Source: Dehalococcoidia bacterium
GTDB taxonomy: Bacteria; Chloroflexota; Dehalococcoidia; SHYD01
Length of the DNA stretch: 64,000 nucleotides
Direction of reading: 5' to 3'
Assembly (NCBI GenBank): GCA_009692935.1
Contig: SHYE01000001.1
Coordinates: 4,418 to 68,417, forward strand
Below are positions 37,425 to 47,228 of the stretch, one piece after another. Position numbers and translations under genes: made by a program. Positions within the stretch are counted from its first letter, which is position 1. The number at the start of each line of letters is the position of its first letter. The notes below the pieces were generated by a model that did not search any database, was not told the origin of the DNA, and worked only from the letters and a program-made list of their open reading frames with translations.

Positions 37425-38753
37425 ATGTGCCGCAACGCCGCCGGTCGAAGAAGCGCAATGGCTCTGTCACAAGATAATCGCAACCGCAACCTGTTCTGGA
37501 TGAACGCGTCCACCTTCTCGTGGAACCTGGGCCTTGGCGCGTCGATCCCCGTGGTGCCGCTGCTGGCCTACCAGTTCGTGCCCGACCTCGCTCTCGCTGG
37601 CTTGGTGGTTGCCATCGGCGGGGCGGCGCGCCTCTTCAGCGGCTACTTCACCGGCCCGCTGGTCGACCGCTTCGGGAGGCTTGGCGTCGTGCGTATCGGT
37701 GTCTTCATCCGCATGGTCTTTTCGTTCATGGAGGGACTATCCGGCGGGTACCTGGAACTGCTAACCTATCGGTTCTTCTCCAGCGTTGGCACCTCGGTGT
37801 ACGGTACCGGGGTCACCGTGATGATGGCCGACATGGCGACTCGCCGTAACCGCGGCCGTCTGGCCGGTGGCCGCACCAGTTTGGCCCAGTTGGGCAACGT
37901 GTTTGGGCCTGCAGTCGGCGCCGCGCTGTGGGCCGCCACCGGAGATCTGCGTACCCCCTTCCTGTTCAATGGCTGCACCAAGCTGGTGTGCATGATCATC
38001 TTCTTGTTCTGCGTCAAAGAGACGCAGGGTTACCAGAACGAGGACGAAGCCGCCGCGAAGGCCGCCGTTGCACCCGCGCCCCAGCCTGTTCCTGCCGCCG
38101 CACAAGTTGCCTCCTCGGGGTCATCGACGGCGGCTATTCCCGCCCACGAGTTTGGCTTGCGGGACATGTTGCTTACTGGACCGTTTTTCCTGACGATGTT
38201 TGCGGCGTTCGCCGCGGCACTCTTCCAGCAGGGCGTGCAAAATACGGTGCTGGCCGTGTTCTTGAGCCAGGAGTTGGCCCGCCCCGAACGCGACATCGGG
38301 ATCATTCTGACCTCCATCAGCGTAGGCCAGCTGCTCATCGGCTTCCCGGTTGGGTGGATGGTGGACCGCTGGGGCATTCGGTCGGGGTTGCTACCGGGCA
38401 GCATCGTGGCCTCGGCCACGCTGGCCTACCTGGCGTTCACCGCCGATGCCAGCATTGCCTGGGCGCTGGTTATGGGCGCGGGGTACGGCATGGTGGCCGT
38501 CACTGCTTCGGCCTATGCCATGGATATCGCGCCGTCCCACGCCCGCGGGCACTTCTTCGGCATCAACCAGGGCGCGGTCAGCGGTGCGAATCTGGCCGGC
38601 CCGCTCATCCTTGGCTTCTTCATCGACCACTTCGGCTATGGCTGGGGCTTCGGCGTCATCGCGCTGCTGATTGCCGCGGTCGCGCCGATGAGCCTGGTGT
38701 GGGTACAGGATGTGCGGGCGCGGCGGGAGGCAGGCGCGGAAGCACGGCGGTAG
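37425..38753 (+). CDS. MFS transporter
   Basis: 442-aa polytopic protein. Alternative start at 37458. Confidence 0.8.
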   Translation: MCRNAAGRRSAMALSQDNRNRNLFWMNASTFSWNLGLGASIPVVPLLAYQFVPDLALAGLVVAIGGAARLFSGYFTGPLVDRFGRLGVVRIGVFIRMVFSFMEGLSGGYLELLTYRFFSSVGTSVYGTGVTVMMADMATRRNRGRLAGGRTSLAQLGNVFGPAVGAALWAATGDLRTPFLFNGCTKLVCMIIFLFCVKETQGYQNEDEAAAKAAVAPAPQPVPAAAQVASSGSSTAAIPAHEFGLRDMLLTGPFFLTMFAAFAAALFQQGVQNTVLAVFLSQELARPERDIGIILTSISVGQLLIGFPVGWMVDRWGIRSGLLPGSIVASATLAYLAFTADASIAWALVMGAGYGMVAVTASAYAMDIAPSHARGHFFGINQGAVSGANLAGPLILGFFIDHFGYGWGFGVIALLIAAVAPMSLVWVQDVRARREAGAEARR

Positions 38754-38776
38754 GTGTGGATGTTGTATAGTACGTT

Positions 38777-39118
38777 ATGAGTACGCGTCCGTGGCAGGTC
38801 GTACTCTATGATGCGCCCGACGGGTCGCCGGTAGTCGAGGCGGAGCTTGAGGCCATCCCAAAGCGGGAGAGGGTGCGCGTCGCCCGGTACATCGCGTTGC
38901 TCCAAGCTGTGGGCGTATCGTTAGGTGGCGACCACGTCCGTCATATCCGGGGTAAGCTTTTCGAGCTCCGGCCCGACGCTTGGCGGGTACTCTACTTTGC
39001 GGCAAGTGGGCAGACCTTCGTGCTCCTGCGCTGTTTTCGGAAGCGGACGGAGCGCACCCCACCGGCGGAGATAGAAACTGCCGAGCGCCGTATGAACGAC
39101 TATCTCGAACGGAGCTGA
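38777..39118 (+). CDS. type II toxin, RelE/ParE superfamily, phage Gp49-like (HigB-related)
   Basis: 113 aa. GKLFELRPDAWRVLYFAASGQTFVLLRCFRKRTERTPPAEIETAERRMNDY fits the Gp49/DUF891 pattern. Confidence 0.7.
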   Translation: MSTRPWQVVLYDAPDGSPVVEAELEAIPKRERVRVARYIALLQAVGVSLGGDHVRHIRGKLFELRPDAWRVLYFAASGQTFVLLRCFRKRTERTPPAEIETAERRMNDYLERS

Positions 39119-39120
39119 CG

Positions 39121-39528
39121 ATGACACGTCGCCCCCCCGGCAAACCCTTCGATGCGGTGCTGAATGAGTGGCTGGCGGACCCAGAGTTTAAGGCCGAGTA
39201 CGACCGGTTAGGGCCGGAATTCGAGCTCCGCCGAGCGCTGATCGAGCTGCGGCATGCGGCCAAGCTCTCCCAACAACAGGTCGCCGAACGGGTGGGCACC
39301 ACCAGGGAGTACATCAGCGCTCTGGAGCGCGGTCCCTCGAACATGAGCCTGGGCTATCTGGTGCGGCTGATGGACGCGCTCGGCGCCGACGTCGGCATTC
39401 GCATCCGCCGGCGCGGCCTGAAGTCTCGGGCAGCCGTCACGCAGATCGCTTTCCCCCTCTCATCGGTCGAGCCGGCCAAACCGCGCAGGCGGCGGCGTGA
39501 GGACGACGCTGCTCAGACGGTCGCTTGA
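39121..39528 (+). CDS. XRE-family HTH antitoxin partner
   Basis: ATG 2 nt after the toxin stop. [32 protein letters not shown]. Confidence 0.7.
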   Translation: MTRRPPGKPFDAVLNEWLADPEFKAEYDRLGPEFELRRALIELRHAAKLSQQQVAERVGTTREYISALERGPSNMSLGYLVRLMDALGADVGIRIRRRGLKSRAAVTQIAFPLSSVEPAKPRRRRREDDAAQTVA

Positions 39529-40169
39529 GCTACAGCCTCGAGTACTTCACCGCCCGCGAGGGTTGGCGTGACTGGCGGATCGAGGCCGACCACCTGATGC
39601 GACTCGCCGACGTGCGTCCCGGTGCCCGAGTGCTGGAAATCGGGTGTGGCGCGGGTGGCCTGCTGCTGCTGCTGGCAGAACGGGGCGCTGTGGTGAGTGG
39701 CGCCGAACCGCTGGCCGAAGCCCTGGTCTTGGCACGGCAGCGGGTGCCTTCGGCCGAATTGGTGGTGGTGGGCGAGGGGCCGGAGTTGCCGTTCGCTGAT
39801 GCCAGCTTCGACGCGGTCCTTGGCCAGCACGTGCTGGAGCACTTACCTGACCTGGACGCGGCACTGCGAGAATGGCGGCGGGTGCTCAAGCCCGGTGGTA
39901 AGCTGGCTATGGCTACTCCCAACGCCCGGTACCCCGACCCTGCGCACTTTGCCGATGATGACCACGATCACGTGTATACACCACCAGAAGTGACGGCCGC
40001 TGCTGCCGGCGCCGGCTTCTGCGTGGAGGCTTGCTACACTCTATTCCCCTACCTGACGCGCAACCGCGTGCTGCGGGCGATGGGCGTCTCCGCCAGCGGA
40101 TTCTTCCGGCGGGCTCCGTACTTCAACGAGCGGGGGCGCACCATTATGCTTGGAGCTGCTCCATCTTGA
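39525..40169 (+). CDS. class I SAM-dependent methyltransferase
   Basis: Motif [20 protein letters not shown] and post-I acidic residue. Overlaps the antitoxin stop by 4 bp. Confidence 0.8.
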   Translation: MSYSLEYFTAREGWRDWRIEADHLMRLADVRPGARVLEIGCGAGGLLLLLAERGAVVSGAEPLAEALVLARQRVPSAELVVVGEGPELPFADASFDAVLGQHVLEHLPDLDAALREWRRVLKPGGKLAMATPNARYPDPAHFADDDHDHVYTPPEVTAAAAGAGFCVEACYTLFPYLTRNRVLRAMGVSASGFFRRAPYFNERGRTIMLGAAPS

Positions 40170-40195
40170 CGCGCACGCCACTGATTACCGTACTC

Positions 40196-40696
40196 ATGAT
40201 GTCCCTGCTGCTGAGCCTCGCGGCGGCTTGTGGAGCAACCGGGCCGGCAGCAGCACCCGATGCGCCGGAGGCCACCGCCCGAGGACTGGTCGAGCCGATG
40301 CGCGGCAAGGTCGCGCTTGACCAGGGGAGCGCCGCCCTGTTTCGCGATCTCGCCAACTATTCGGTGAGGGAGCGGTTCCTGTTCGCGGTGCTAGCGTGCG
40401 CAGATGAGGTGCGGGCCGGCGATTTCCGGCGGTTCTTCGCGAGCCCCGAAGGCATTATGGGGCCTGAGGCCATAGCAGGCCTGCGCGCCATGGGAATGGT
40501 CAACACCGCCGCGGTGGCGCAGAAGGCCGCCAACGTCCTGGGGCGCGAATTCCCGCGGGACCTGGCAGAACGCCGCAGAGCAGTCGATGCCAACGTCGCG
40601 GCCCTCAACACGCTGGACGCTGAGTTCACGCAACTGCTGTCGGTTGAGGCCGGTGGGATTGACGTCGCGACCGATCGGCTGGCGCGAATGCGGTAG
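40196..40696 (+). CDS. hypothetical lipoprotein (lipobox LSLAAAC)
   Basis: MMSLLLSLAAACGATG signal with lipobox. No family assigned. Confidence 0.45.
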   Translation: MMSLLLSLAAACGATGPAAAPDAPEATARGLVEPMRGKVALDQGSAALFRDLANYSVRERFLFAVLACADEVRAGDFRRFFASPEGIMGPEAIAGLRAMGMVNTAAVAQKAANVLGREFPRDLAERRRAVDANVAALNTLDAEFTQLLSVEAGGIDVATDRLARMR

Positions 40697-40779
40697 CGGC
40701 TCGGCTCTTGTCCTGAGCCGTAAGAGTTCAAGAGTGGGGTGGCCATCGCCAGTGCGCAGTGGCGTCGGCGGCCCTTCGG

Positions 40780-40915
40780 ATGAAGGTTGGCTCTTCCCGC
40801 CCGCCCCCCCCCAGGGGTCTCGAAGTGGGGGCCCTTCGACAGGCTCAGGATAAGTACCCGCACTCCCCTGCTTGACGGGACCCGCCGTCCCCTCAGGCCC
40901 CCCTGCGGAGACGCT
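40780..40915. repeat. composite GC-rich intergenic repeat (family 2): CCCGCCCGCCCCCCCCAGGGGTCTCGAAGTGGGGGCCCTTCGACAGGCTCAGGATAAG ... GTCCCCTCAGGC
   Basis: Sub-blocks recur at 4285-4348 (GAAGTGGGGAGCCCCTCGACAGGCTCAGGACAAGC...GTCTGAGGGGAC) and, inverted, at 54040-54112. Confidence 0.55.
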
Positions 40916-41080
40916 TGGCATCGGTACTGTATGGTGGCACTTCGTGGCGTTACCCGCAAGGCTTAGGGCCAACTCACCGACTCAGCTCTGGTCCCCGTAC
41001 ACCTTCGGTTTGACACATGGGTGACCGGCGCAGTACGGTGCGATCAAACCACTCAGGCCCTTATCTAAAGGAGTTGCCGC

Positions 41081-42349
41081 ATGCTGACCCGTGAAGAGAA
41101 CGCCATGCTCACCCAGACCGGCCCTGGCACCCCTATGGGTGACCTGTTTCGCCGGTTCTGGATGCCGGTGATGATTGCTACCGAACTGCCTGGTCCCGAC
41201 TGTGACCCCAAGCGTCTCCGGGTCATGAGCGAGGATCTGATCGCGTTCCGCGACACCAGCGGCCGCGTCGGCGTAGTCGACGCCTATTGCCCGCACCGCG
41301 GCGCCCCGCTGTTCTTCGGCCGCAACGAGGAGGATGGGCTGCGCTGTGTGTACCACGGCTGGAAGTTCGACGTGGAGGGCGCCTGCGTCGACCTACCCAA
41401 CGCACCCGAGGGCGAGACCTTCAAGACCAAAGTCACCATCACCTCATACTCCGCGGTCGAGAAGGGTGGCATCATCTGGCTGTACATGGGCCCCAAAGAG
41501 AAGCAGCCGCCGCTGCCCGGCTTCCGGTTCATGGACGTGGCTGACAGCCAGCGCTACGCCTGGAAGATTCACATCGAGTGCAACTACTTCCAGAGCATGG
41601 AGGGCGACCTCGACGCCAGCCACGGCCCCTTCCTGCACTCGATTCTGGGCGACAACAGCAAGAACCAGCAGGTGTCCATCCGCCGCTCCGACCCCGGCAG
41701 CTTGGTAGACAAGGCCCCCCGCTACGCCCAGATCGAGGATACCGAGTACGGCACCATGTCGGTCACCAGCGCCAACCGGCCCGACGGCGAGTTGTACCTA
41801 AGCGTGAGCCACTGGATGGCCCCGGCCTTCACCACCGCTGGCAGCGACATTAAGGTCAGCCAGAACAACATGCGGGTGCCCATCGACGACAAGAACTGCA
41901 TGTTCTGGCGGGTGCGCTTCAATGAGAACGAGCCGCTGGACGAGAAAGAGCTGTGGCAGATGAAGCACGGTGGTTGGCTGTACCCGCCGCTGCAAGCGGG
42001 CACGTACACCGGGGTCGATAACATTCACAACGACTACAACATTGATCGGGTAGCCCAGCGGAACTACAGCTTTACCGGCATCAAGTCCTTCTCCACGCAA
42101 GACACCGCGCTCATCGAGAGCCAGCGCGGGCCGATTATGGATCGCTCGCTCGAGCGGCTGGTCTCGGCCGACGAGGAGATCATCCGGGTGCGCCGCCACC
42201 TGCTGAAGATGGCCCGCGACCTGCAGGAAGGCAAGGACCCGGCCTCCAACCCCACCGGCTACAACAAGCGGGTTGCCCGCTTCAACGTGCCGCGGGATAC
42301 CGACATTAGCGCCTTCATGAAGGGCAACATGGCGGTGGTTAACCGCTAG
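41081..42349 (+). CDS. Rieske non-heme iron oxygenase alpha subunit, phthalate-dioxygenase family, paralog 2
   Basis: AAAGGAG RBS. MLTREENAMLTQTGPGTPMG N-terminus, Rieske motif CPHRGAPLFFG...CVYHGW and Fe motif EGDLDASHGPFLH. Confidence 0.9.
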   Translation: MLTREENAMLTQTGPGTPMGDLFRRFWMPVMIATELPGPDCDPKRLRVMSEDLIAFRDTSGRVGVVDAYCPHRGAPLFFGRNEEDGLRCVYHGWKFDVEGACVDLPNAPEGETFKTKVTITSYSAVEKGGIIWLYMGPKEKQPPLPGFRFMDVADSQRYAWKIHIECNYFQSMEGDLDASHGPFLHSILGDNSKNQQVSIRRSDPGSLVDKAPRYAQIEDTEYGTMSVTSANRPDGELYLSVSHWMAPAFTTAGSDIKVSQNNMRVPIDDKNCMFWRVRFNENEPLDEKELWQMKHGGWLYPPLQAGTYTGVDNIHNDYNIDRVAQRNYSFTGIKSFSTQDTALIESQRGPIMDRSLERLVSADEEIIRVRRHLLKMARDLQEGKDPASNPTGYNKRVARFNVPRDTDISAFMKGNMAVVNR

Positions 42350-42461
42350 CCCAGCAAACCGGCGACCGCGGCGTGGTAGCGTTGGCCATGGTCAGCGTTT
42401 ACCACGCCGCTAGCGCGTGGCGTAGACTATACTTCAGACCTTAACTTCTGGAGACGACCGT

Positions 42462-43727
42462 ATGCTGAGCGTTGAAGAGAACCAACTGCTGACTCGGGTA
42501 GGCCCCGGCACGCCCATGGGCAACCTGCTGCGCCGTTACTGGCAGCCCATCGCCCCCGTGGCCGAACTCGACGAGACCCCCATCAAGCAGGTCCGCCTGA
42601 TGGGGGAAGACTTGGCGTTGTACAAAGACCTGTCGGGCAACTACGGCCTGTTGGACCTGCACTGCCCCCACCGCCGGGCCGACCTGAGCTACGGCATTCT
42701 GGAGCCCGACGGCCTGCGCTGCAACTACCACGGCTGGGCTTTCGACTCCCGCGGCAACTGCACCTCAATGCCCTTCGAGGACACCGCCCACCCTGAAGCC
42801 CGCTTCCGCGACAAGGTGAAAATCAAGGCCTATCCGGTGCAGGCGAAGGCCGGCCTGCTGTGGGCCTACCTGGGCCCCGACCCGGTGCCCGAACTGTGGG
42901 ACTGGGACATTTATCACGAGAACGGTTACAAGACCATCGTGTTCGGCCACATCCCTTGCAACTGGCTGCAGTGCGCCGAGAACGACATCGACCCGGTGCA
43001 CTTCGAGTGGCTGCACGACACGTGGCCGCTGCAACTGCGGGGAGAACGCACCGCCGACAACGTGCCGCCCAAGCACCTGAAGATCAACTTCAAGGAGTTC
43101 GAGTGGGGCATCGAGTACCAGCGCCTGCGCGACAACTCCGACGATTGGCAAGTGGGCCGAGTGGCGCTGTGGCCCAACGCCCTGTACACCGGCCACTTCG
43201 AGTATCGGGTACCCATCGACGACGAGAACACCCTGAGCGTGTGCTGGAACAACGACCCGCTGCCCGGCGACGCGCCCTTCGTGCAGGACCGCATCCCCTA
43301 CTTCTGGTCGCCTATCAAGGACCCGAAGACCGGGCGCTGGATCAGCAGTCACACCGTGAACCAAGACATCATCGCCTGGGTGGGTCAGGGCGCCATCAGC
43401 GACCGCCAGAACGAGCACCTGGGCTCTAGCGACGAAGGCGTCATCATGCTGCGCCGCCAGTTCCTGCAGGACCTCAAGAAGCTGGAGGAGACCGGCGCCG
43501 ACCCCAAGGCCATTCTGCGCGACCCCAGCCGCAACCACGCCATGTACCTGCCGCGCTCAGGCGGCGGGGTGCGTTTCAACGAGCGCGGCGGCCTTGGGCC
43601 AGTGCGCCGCCCCAGCGTGTACAGCCTGTACTACGGGTTACCCGACGACCTTCGGGACGACATCGAGCGGGTGATCGCCGAACGGTCGGCGAAGCTGGAG
43701 CAGAACGAGCCAACCGCGGCGGGGTAG
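42462..43727 (+). CDS. Rieske non-heme iron oxygenase alpha subunit, phthalate-dioxygenase family, paralog 3 (most divergent)
   Basis: GGAG RBS. Rieske motif CPHRRADLSYG...CNYHGW and Fe motif ENDIDPVHFEWLH. Confidence 0.9.
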   Translation: MLSVEENQLLTRVGPGTPMGNLLRRYWQPIAPVAELDETPIKQVRLMGEDLALYKDLSGNYGLLDLHCPHRRADLSYGILEPDGLRCNYHGWAFDSRGNCTSMPFEDTAHPEARFRDKVKIKAYPVQAKAGLLWAYLGPDPVPELWDWDIYHENGYKTIVFGHIPCNWLQCAENDIDPVHFEWLHDTWPLQLRGERTADNVPPKHLKINFKEFEWGIEYQRLRDNSDDWQVGRVALWPNALYTGHFEYRVPIDDENTLSVCWNNDPLPGDAPFVQDRIPYFWSPIKDPKTGRWISSHTVNQDIIAWVGQGAISDRQNEHLGSSDEGVIMLRRQFLQDLKKLEETGADPKAILRDPSRNHAMYLPRSGGGVRFNERGGLGPVRRPSVYSLYYGLPDDLRDDIERVIAERSAKLEQNEPTAAG

Positions 43728-43752
43728 CAGGGGCCCCAGGCAGCGTTCCGAT

Positions 43753-43869
43753 CCCCTCTCCCCCGGCGGGAGAGGGCTAGGGAGAGGGGGAACTCCCTTA
43801 GAACATCGACGGTCGGTATAAGCCAACGGCGCCCCCTCCTCTAACTCCCTCCCGCAAGGGGAGGGAGGA
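43753..43869. repeat. REP-like palindromes (cccctctccc-ccggc-gggagaggg ; tccctccc-gcaa-gggaggga)
   Basis: Two hairpins of the same sequence family, downstream of Rieske paralog 3. Confidence 0.5.
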
Positions 43870-43943
43870 CGTGTGGCACGACAGACTAGCGTCGACGTGT
43901 TAAGTGTGTGTCGGCAGCCGTCACACACATCAAGGAGCGCGCC

Positions 43944-45110
43944 ATGCGACTAAGCCTAGCGTTCGAGATGCAGCGTCCGGTGCTCGATGACGCCGCCGTC
44001 ATCCGCGACACCATCGACCAGTGCGTGCTGGCTGACGAAATGGGCTTCGACACCGTCTGGTTCGTCGAGCACCACTTTCTCACCAGCTTCTCTATGTCGC
44101 CGTGTCCGGAGGTCATCTTTGGCGCGCTGAGTCAACGCACCAAGCGCATCCACCTCGGCTTCGGCGTGGTCATCCTGCCCTACCACCATCCGGTGCGAGT
44201 AGCCGAACGCGTGGCGATGGTCGACCACTTGTCCGGTGGTCGGGTCGAGTTCGGGACCGGTCGGTCGGCAGCCTACGAGCTGACCGGCATGGGCATCGAC
44301 CCCCGCGACAGCCGCGAGATGTGGGAAGAGTCGCTGGCCATGGTTCCCAAGATATGGGAGGACGGCCTGTTCGAGTGGCAGGGCAAGCACTGGCAGGTGC
44401 CACCGCGCGACGTGCGCCCGAAGCCGCTGCAAAAGCCGCACCCTCGCATGTGGGTGGCGGCGCTGCAACCCGCCACCTACCAGCTCGCTGCCGAGAAGGG
44501 CATCGGGGTCATGGCGCTCAGCGTGGCTGCGCCATCGTATCTCACGCCCCACATCGCGCAGTACAAGCAACGGGTGCAGCAGGCCAACCCCGTGGGCAAG
44601 TTCATCACCAACCAGTGGCTCAACTCAACAATGGGTTTCTGCGACGAGGATGACCTGGCGGCCAAGGAGCTGACGGCGAAGTCGCTCAAGACCTTCTTCG
44701 GCCCCGACCGTCCCTACCTGAAGGACCAGCAGCACCTGTACGCCCAGTTGGTGGAGAGCTGGGGTGGAGCGCCCGACCACCTGAAGGCCAACTTCTCCCG
44801 CTACCTCAAAGGCGAGGGGGCCGAGGGCGCGCCCGCCGTCGATCTCTCGGGCGGCTCGGGCCAGATTGTGACCGCGGTCTGGAACCAGTTCGACGCCGCT
44901 ACCCTGGCCGATCGCGCCGTCATCGTGGCCGGCGACCCCGAGAGCTGCCTCAAGGGCATCGCTGTGCACGAAGCTACCGGCGCCGACGAGCTGCAGTTCC
45001 TGATGGCAACCGAGACCATCCCCCACGACAAGGTGATGTCGTCCATCGAGCTGTTCGGCAAGCGGGTGATACCGGAGCTGAAGCGCAAGGCCGAACTCGC
45101 AGCGGGGTAG
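43944..45110 (+). CDS. LLM-class flavin/F420-dependent oxidoreductase (luciferase-like monooxygenase)
   Basis: Start trimmed to the ATG at 43944 (MRLSLAFEMQRP) with AAGGAG RBS. 388 aa of LLM-typical length and fold. Confidence 0.8.
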   Translation: MRLSLAFEMQRPVLDDAAVIRDTIDQCVLADEMGFDTVWFVEHHFLTSFSMSPCPEVIFGALSQRTKRIHLGFGVVILPYHHPVRVAERVAMVDHLSGGRVEFGTGRSAAYELTGMGIDPRDSREMWEESLAMVPKIWEDGLFEWQGKHWQVPPRDVRPKPLQKPHPRMWVAALQPATYQLAAEKGIGVMALSVAAPSYLTPHIAQYKQRVQQANPVGKFITNQWLNSTMGFCDEDDLAAKELTAKSLKTFFGPDRPYLKDQQHLYAQLVESWGGAPDHLKANFSRYLKGEGAEGAPAVDLSGGSGQIVTAVWNQFDAATLADRAVIVAGDPESCLKGIAVHEATGADELQFLMATETIPHDKVMSSIELFGKRVIPELKRKAELAAG

Positions 45111-45123
45111 CGGTGGGATGCCT

Positions 45124-46043
45124 CTAGCGAATGGGCGGCTGTCTCGGCCCGACGGAGCGCGGCCGACCCGGCACCGGCTCTGTAGGCTGCACACTGATGG
45201 TCCCCGGCGTGCCACGATAGCACCCGATGAGGTACGGATACTCGTGGGTTGCGTGGTAGTGGTACAGCTCGCGCCACTGGCCATCCCACGGCACGGTGTG
45301 GCCGTGGCAGGCGTCAAGGTCGGTGTTGGTTAAGGGGTCACGAGACTCGCCGCGCACACCAAACAGGCCGAAGCCGTCGAAGCACCAGGAGTTCGCGTGC
45401 TAGTGGTAAAGGCCGGTCCCCTGGGGGGGGGCCGCCGCATAGGTCCCGCACCGCGTCCAGCCCCGCGGCATCCAGCGTGTTGAAGAACACCGCGGCCGAC
45501 AGCATGACGCCGACCGGCCCCATCGGCAGGCACGTAGCCTGCGCCGCCAGTGCGGGTGCCGTAGCCACGTTGACGGTCACTCGCTGGGCCGCGATCGAGT
45601 TCGGGTTGGGATCGAGGGCGAAGGCGTTACTGTAGCGCTCGACCGGGAAGCTGCCGGTCGGGTGGTCGGGCAGGCCGTTGCCGCTGACCACCTGCCGCTC
45701 ACCATCGAGCGCCACCGAGAGCTGGGACGGCCACGCCCCCCCCCCCAACTCGTACCAACTTGCGGCTGTCATAGGTACCGTCGCCGTTGAGCCAGGGCCC
45801 GGTGTGGATGTTGCGCTGCGGGAACGCCCGCTGGCAGGCCCACACCGAGCCGACCACCGGCTCACCCGACACCTTCCCGTCGCCCACTGGCAGCCGCTCG
45901 GGATTGATGATGCCCACCACCGTCCAGGCCTCGTCCGAGTCCGGCGCTACAACGCCGCCGGACGTCTGCCAAAGCGTTGTGCTCACCAGCACTACGAGCG
46001 CCACGCCGAGGACAGCTAGGGCCCAGATGCGCAAGTCGTTCAT
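45124..46043 (-). pseudogene. secreted YHYH-motif protein gene broken by two frameshifts located in C10 (45741-45750) and G8 (45421-45428) homopolymers
   Basis: Three consecutive minus-strand frames join (signal/TM MNDLRIWALAVLGVALVVLV... ; ...LDGERQVVSGNGLPDHP... ; ...WRELYHYHATHEYPYLIGCYRGTPG...). YHYH motif present. Confidence 0.55.
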
Positions 46044-46065
46044 GCTGAGTATCCCGGTTTGCTGT

Positions 46066-46581
46066 TTACCCCCGCGTCTCGGACGCGAGGTTGGCGTAGC
46101 GCAGGAACACCCCGCCGTGGGGCTCGGCCAGCGGGCCATTGACCGCGAGCACGGCGATGGTGTGGCGGTCGCCGGGCTTGGCCTCGGCCGTCACCTCCAC
46201 CCGGTGCGAGTAGTCCAGGCCGTTCATCGCGCCGGTGGCCCGGTTGATGGCGCCGTTCACCCACACCTCGGCGTAGTTGTCCACATTGGTCTCGAACAGG
46301 ATGCGGGCGCCGGCCACACTCTGACCGTCGATGGTCTCGGGCACCTCGGCCACGATCCGGTACCAGGCAAAGCACAGGCCGACGGAGCGACCGGCCCTCA
46401 GGTTATCGCACACCTCCCAGCCCGAGTCATCAAAATCCGTCTCGCGGGCGGGCGTCATCAGCACCTCCGCCACCAGGCCCTGGTTGGGCTGGCCGGGGAT
46501 GTAGCCGTCGGCGACGCGCCACTGCGCCTTGATGGGCGACCGGCCGGCCGGCGTATTGAGGTCGAGGGCGATGCGGGGCAT
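46066..46581 (-). CDS. small protein resembling the GH2 N-terminal sugar-binding (galactose-binding-like) domain
   Basis: Trimmed to the ATG at 46581 (MPRIALDLN, GGAG RBS). FDDSGWEV...W motif like the glycosyl hydrolase 2 sugar-binding domain. Confidence 0.45.
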   Translation of the reverse strand: MPRIALDLNTPAGRSPIKAQWRVADGYIPGQPNQGLVAEVLMTPARETDFDDSGWEVCDNLRAGRSVGLCFAWYRIVAEVPETIDGQSVAGARILFETNVDNYAEVWVNGAINRATGAMNGLDYSHRVEVTAEAKPGDRHTIAVLAVNGPLAEPHGGVFLRYANLASETRG

Positions 46582-46678
46582 GGGTAGGCTCCTGGCGGGT
46601 AGTGGGCCGGTGCAGCCACCGGAGTGCGACAATGCTACCATACGTCGTACCACAGGGCGCTTAGCGCGGAGACTTCAC

Positions 46679-46915
46679 ATGACGACGCAGAAGTTTGATG
46701 TGGTGCTAGAGTGGGACGCCGACGAGAGCCTGTGGGTGACCCAGGTGCCCGCCCTCGATCACTTGTCAACCTACGGCGACACCCGGGAGGAGGCGCTCGC
46801 CAACACCCGCGAAGCGATCGCCGGATACCTGGAGGCCGCCGCCCAAGAAGGCATCACTATCCCGGATATCGTAAGTCGACCCGAACTCCTCGATCTTGAG
46901 GTAGCGTTGCCTTGA
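46679..46915 (+). CDS. hicB: HicB-family antitoxin (UPF0150)
   Basis: 78 aa. MTTQKFDVVLEWDADESLWVTQVPALDHLSTYGDTREEALANTREAIAGYLEAAAQEG is the HicB N-terminal pattern. Confidence 0.7.
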   Translation: MTTQKFDVVLEWDADESLWVTQVPALDHLSTYGDTREEALANTREAIAGYLEAAAQEGITIPDIVSRPELLDLEVALP

Positions 46916-47153
46916 GCGAGCGGCCACCGAGGGCGTCGGGCGCCGACGTCGTCGCGGCTTTGCTCTGGGCTGGATACGCCACAGCCACACCCGCGGGAGC
47001 CACGTCTATCTTCTAGGTCCCGGCGGCGGCCGGCTGGTGGTTATACCAGTGCACGGAAACCGAACGCTCCCCGTCGGGACGTTGGCTTCGGTACTACGAC
47101 AGGCGGGACTCTCCCCTGAAGAGCTAGGGAAGTTCTTGCGGCGGGAGCGCTAG
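46912..47153 (+). pseudogene. hicA: HicA-family toxin with a single frameshift near 46965-46972
   Basis: Frame A gives SGADVVAALLWAGY. Frame B gives IRHSHTRGSHVYLLGPGGGRLVVIPVHGNRTLPVGTLASVLRQAGLSPEE, matching HicA (RGSHHQF...VPHP..DLP.GTL.SILKQAGL). Confidence 0.55.
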
Positions 47154-47228
47154 ACTCGTTGCGCAGTGCGTCCCGCAGTCAAAGCCTAGAGTGCTACCAT
47201 AAGCTCCGCAGTCCCTGGAGCGCAGCCC

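Noticed and set aside
47040-47228. Cobalamin riboswitch upstream of cbiA or cobT
   Set aside because: No B12-box-like consensus and no typical multi-stem leader could be recognised. Cannot be excluded without a covariance-model scan.
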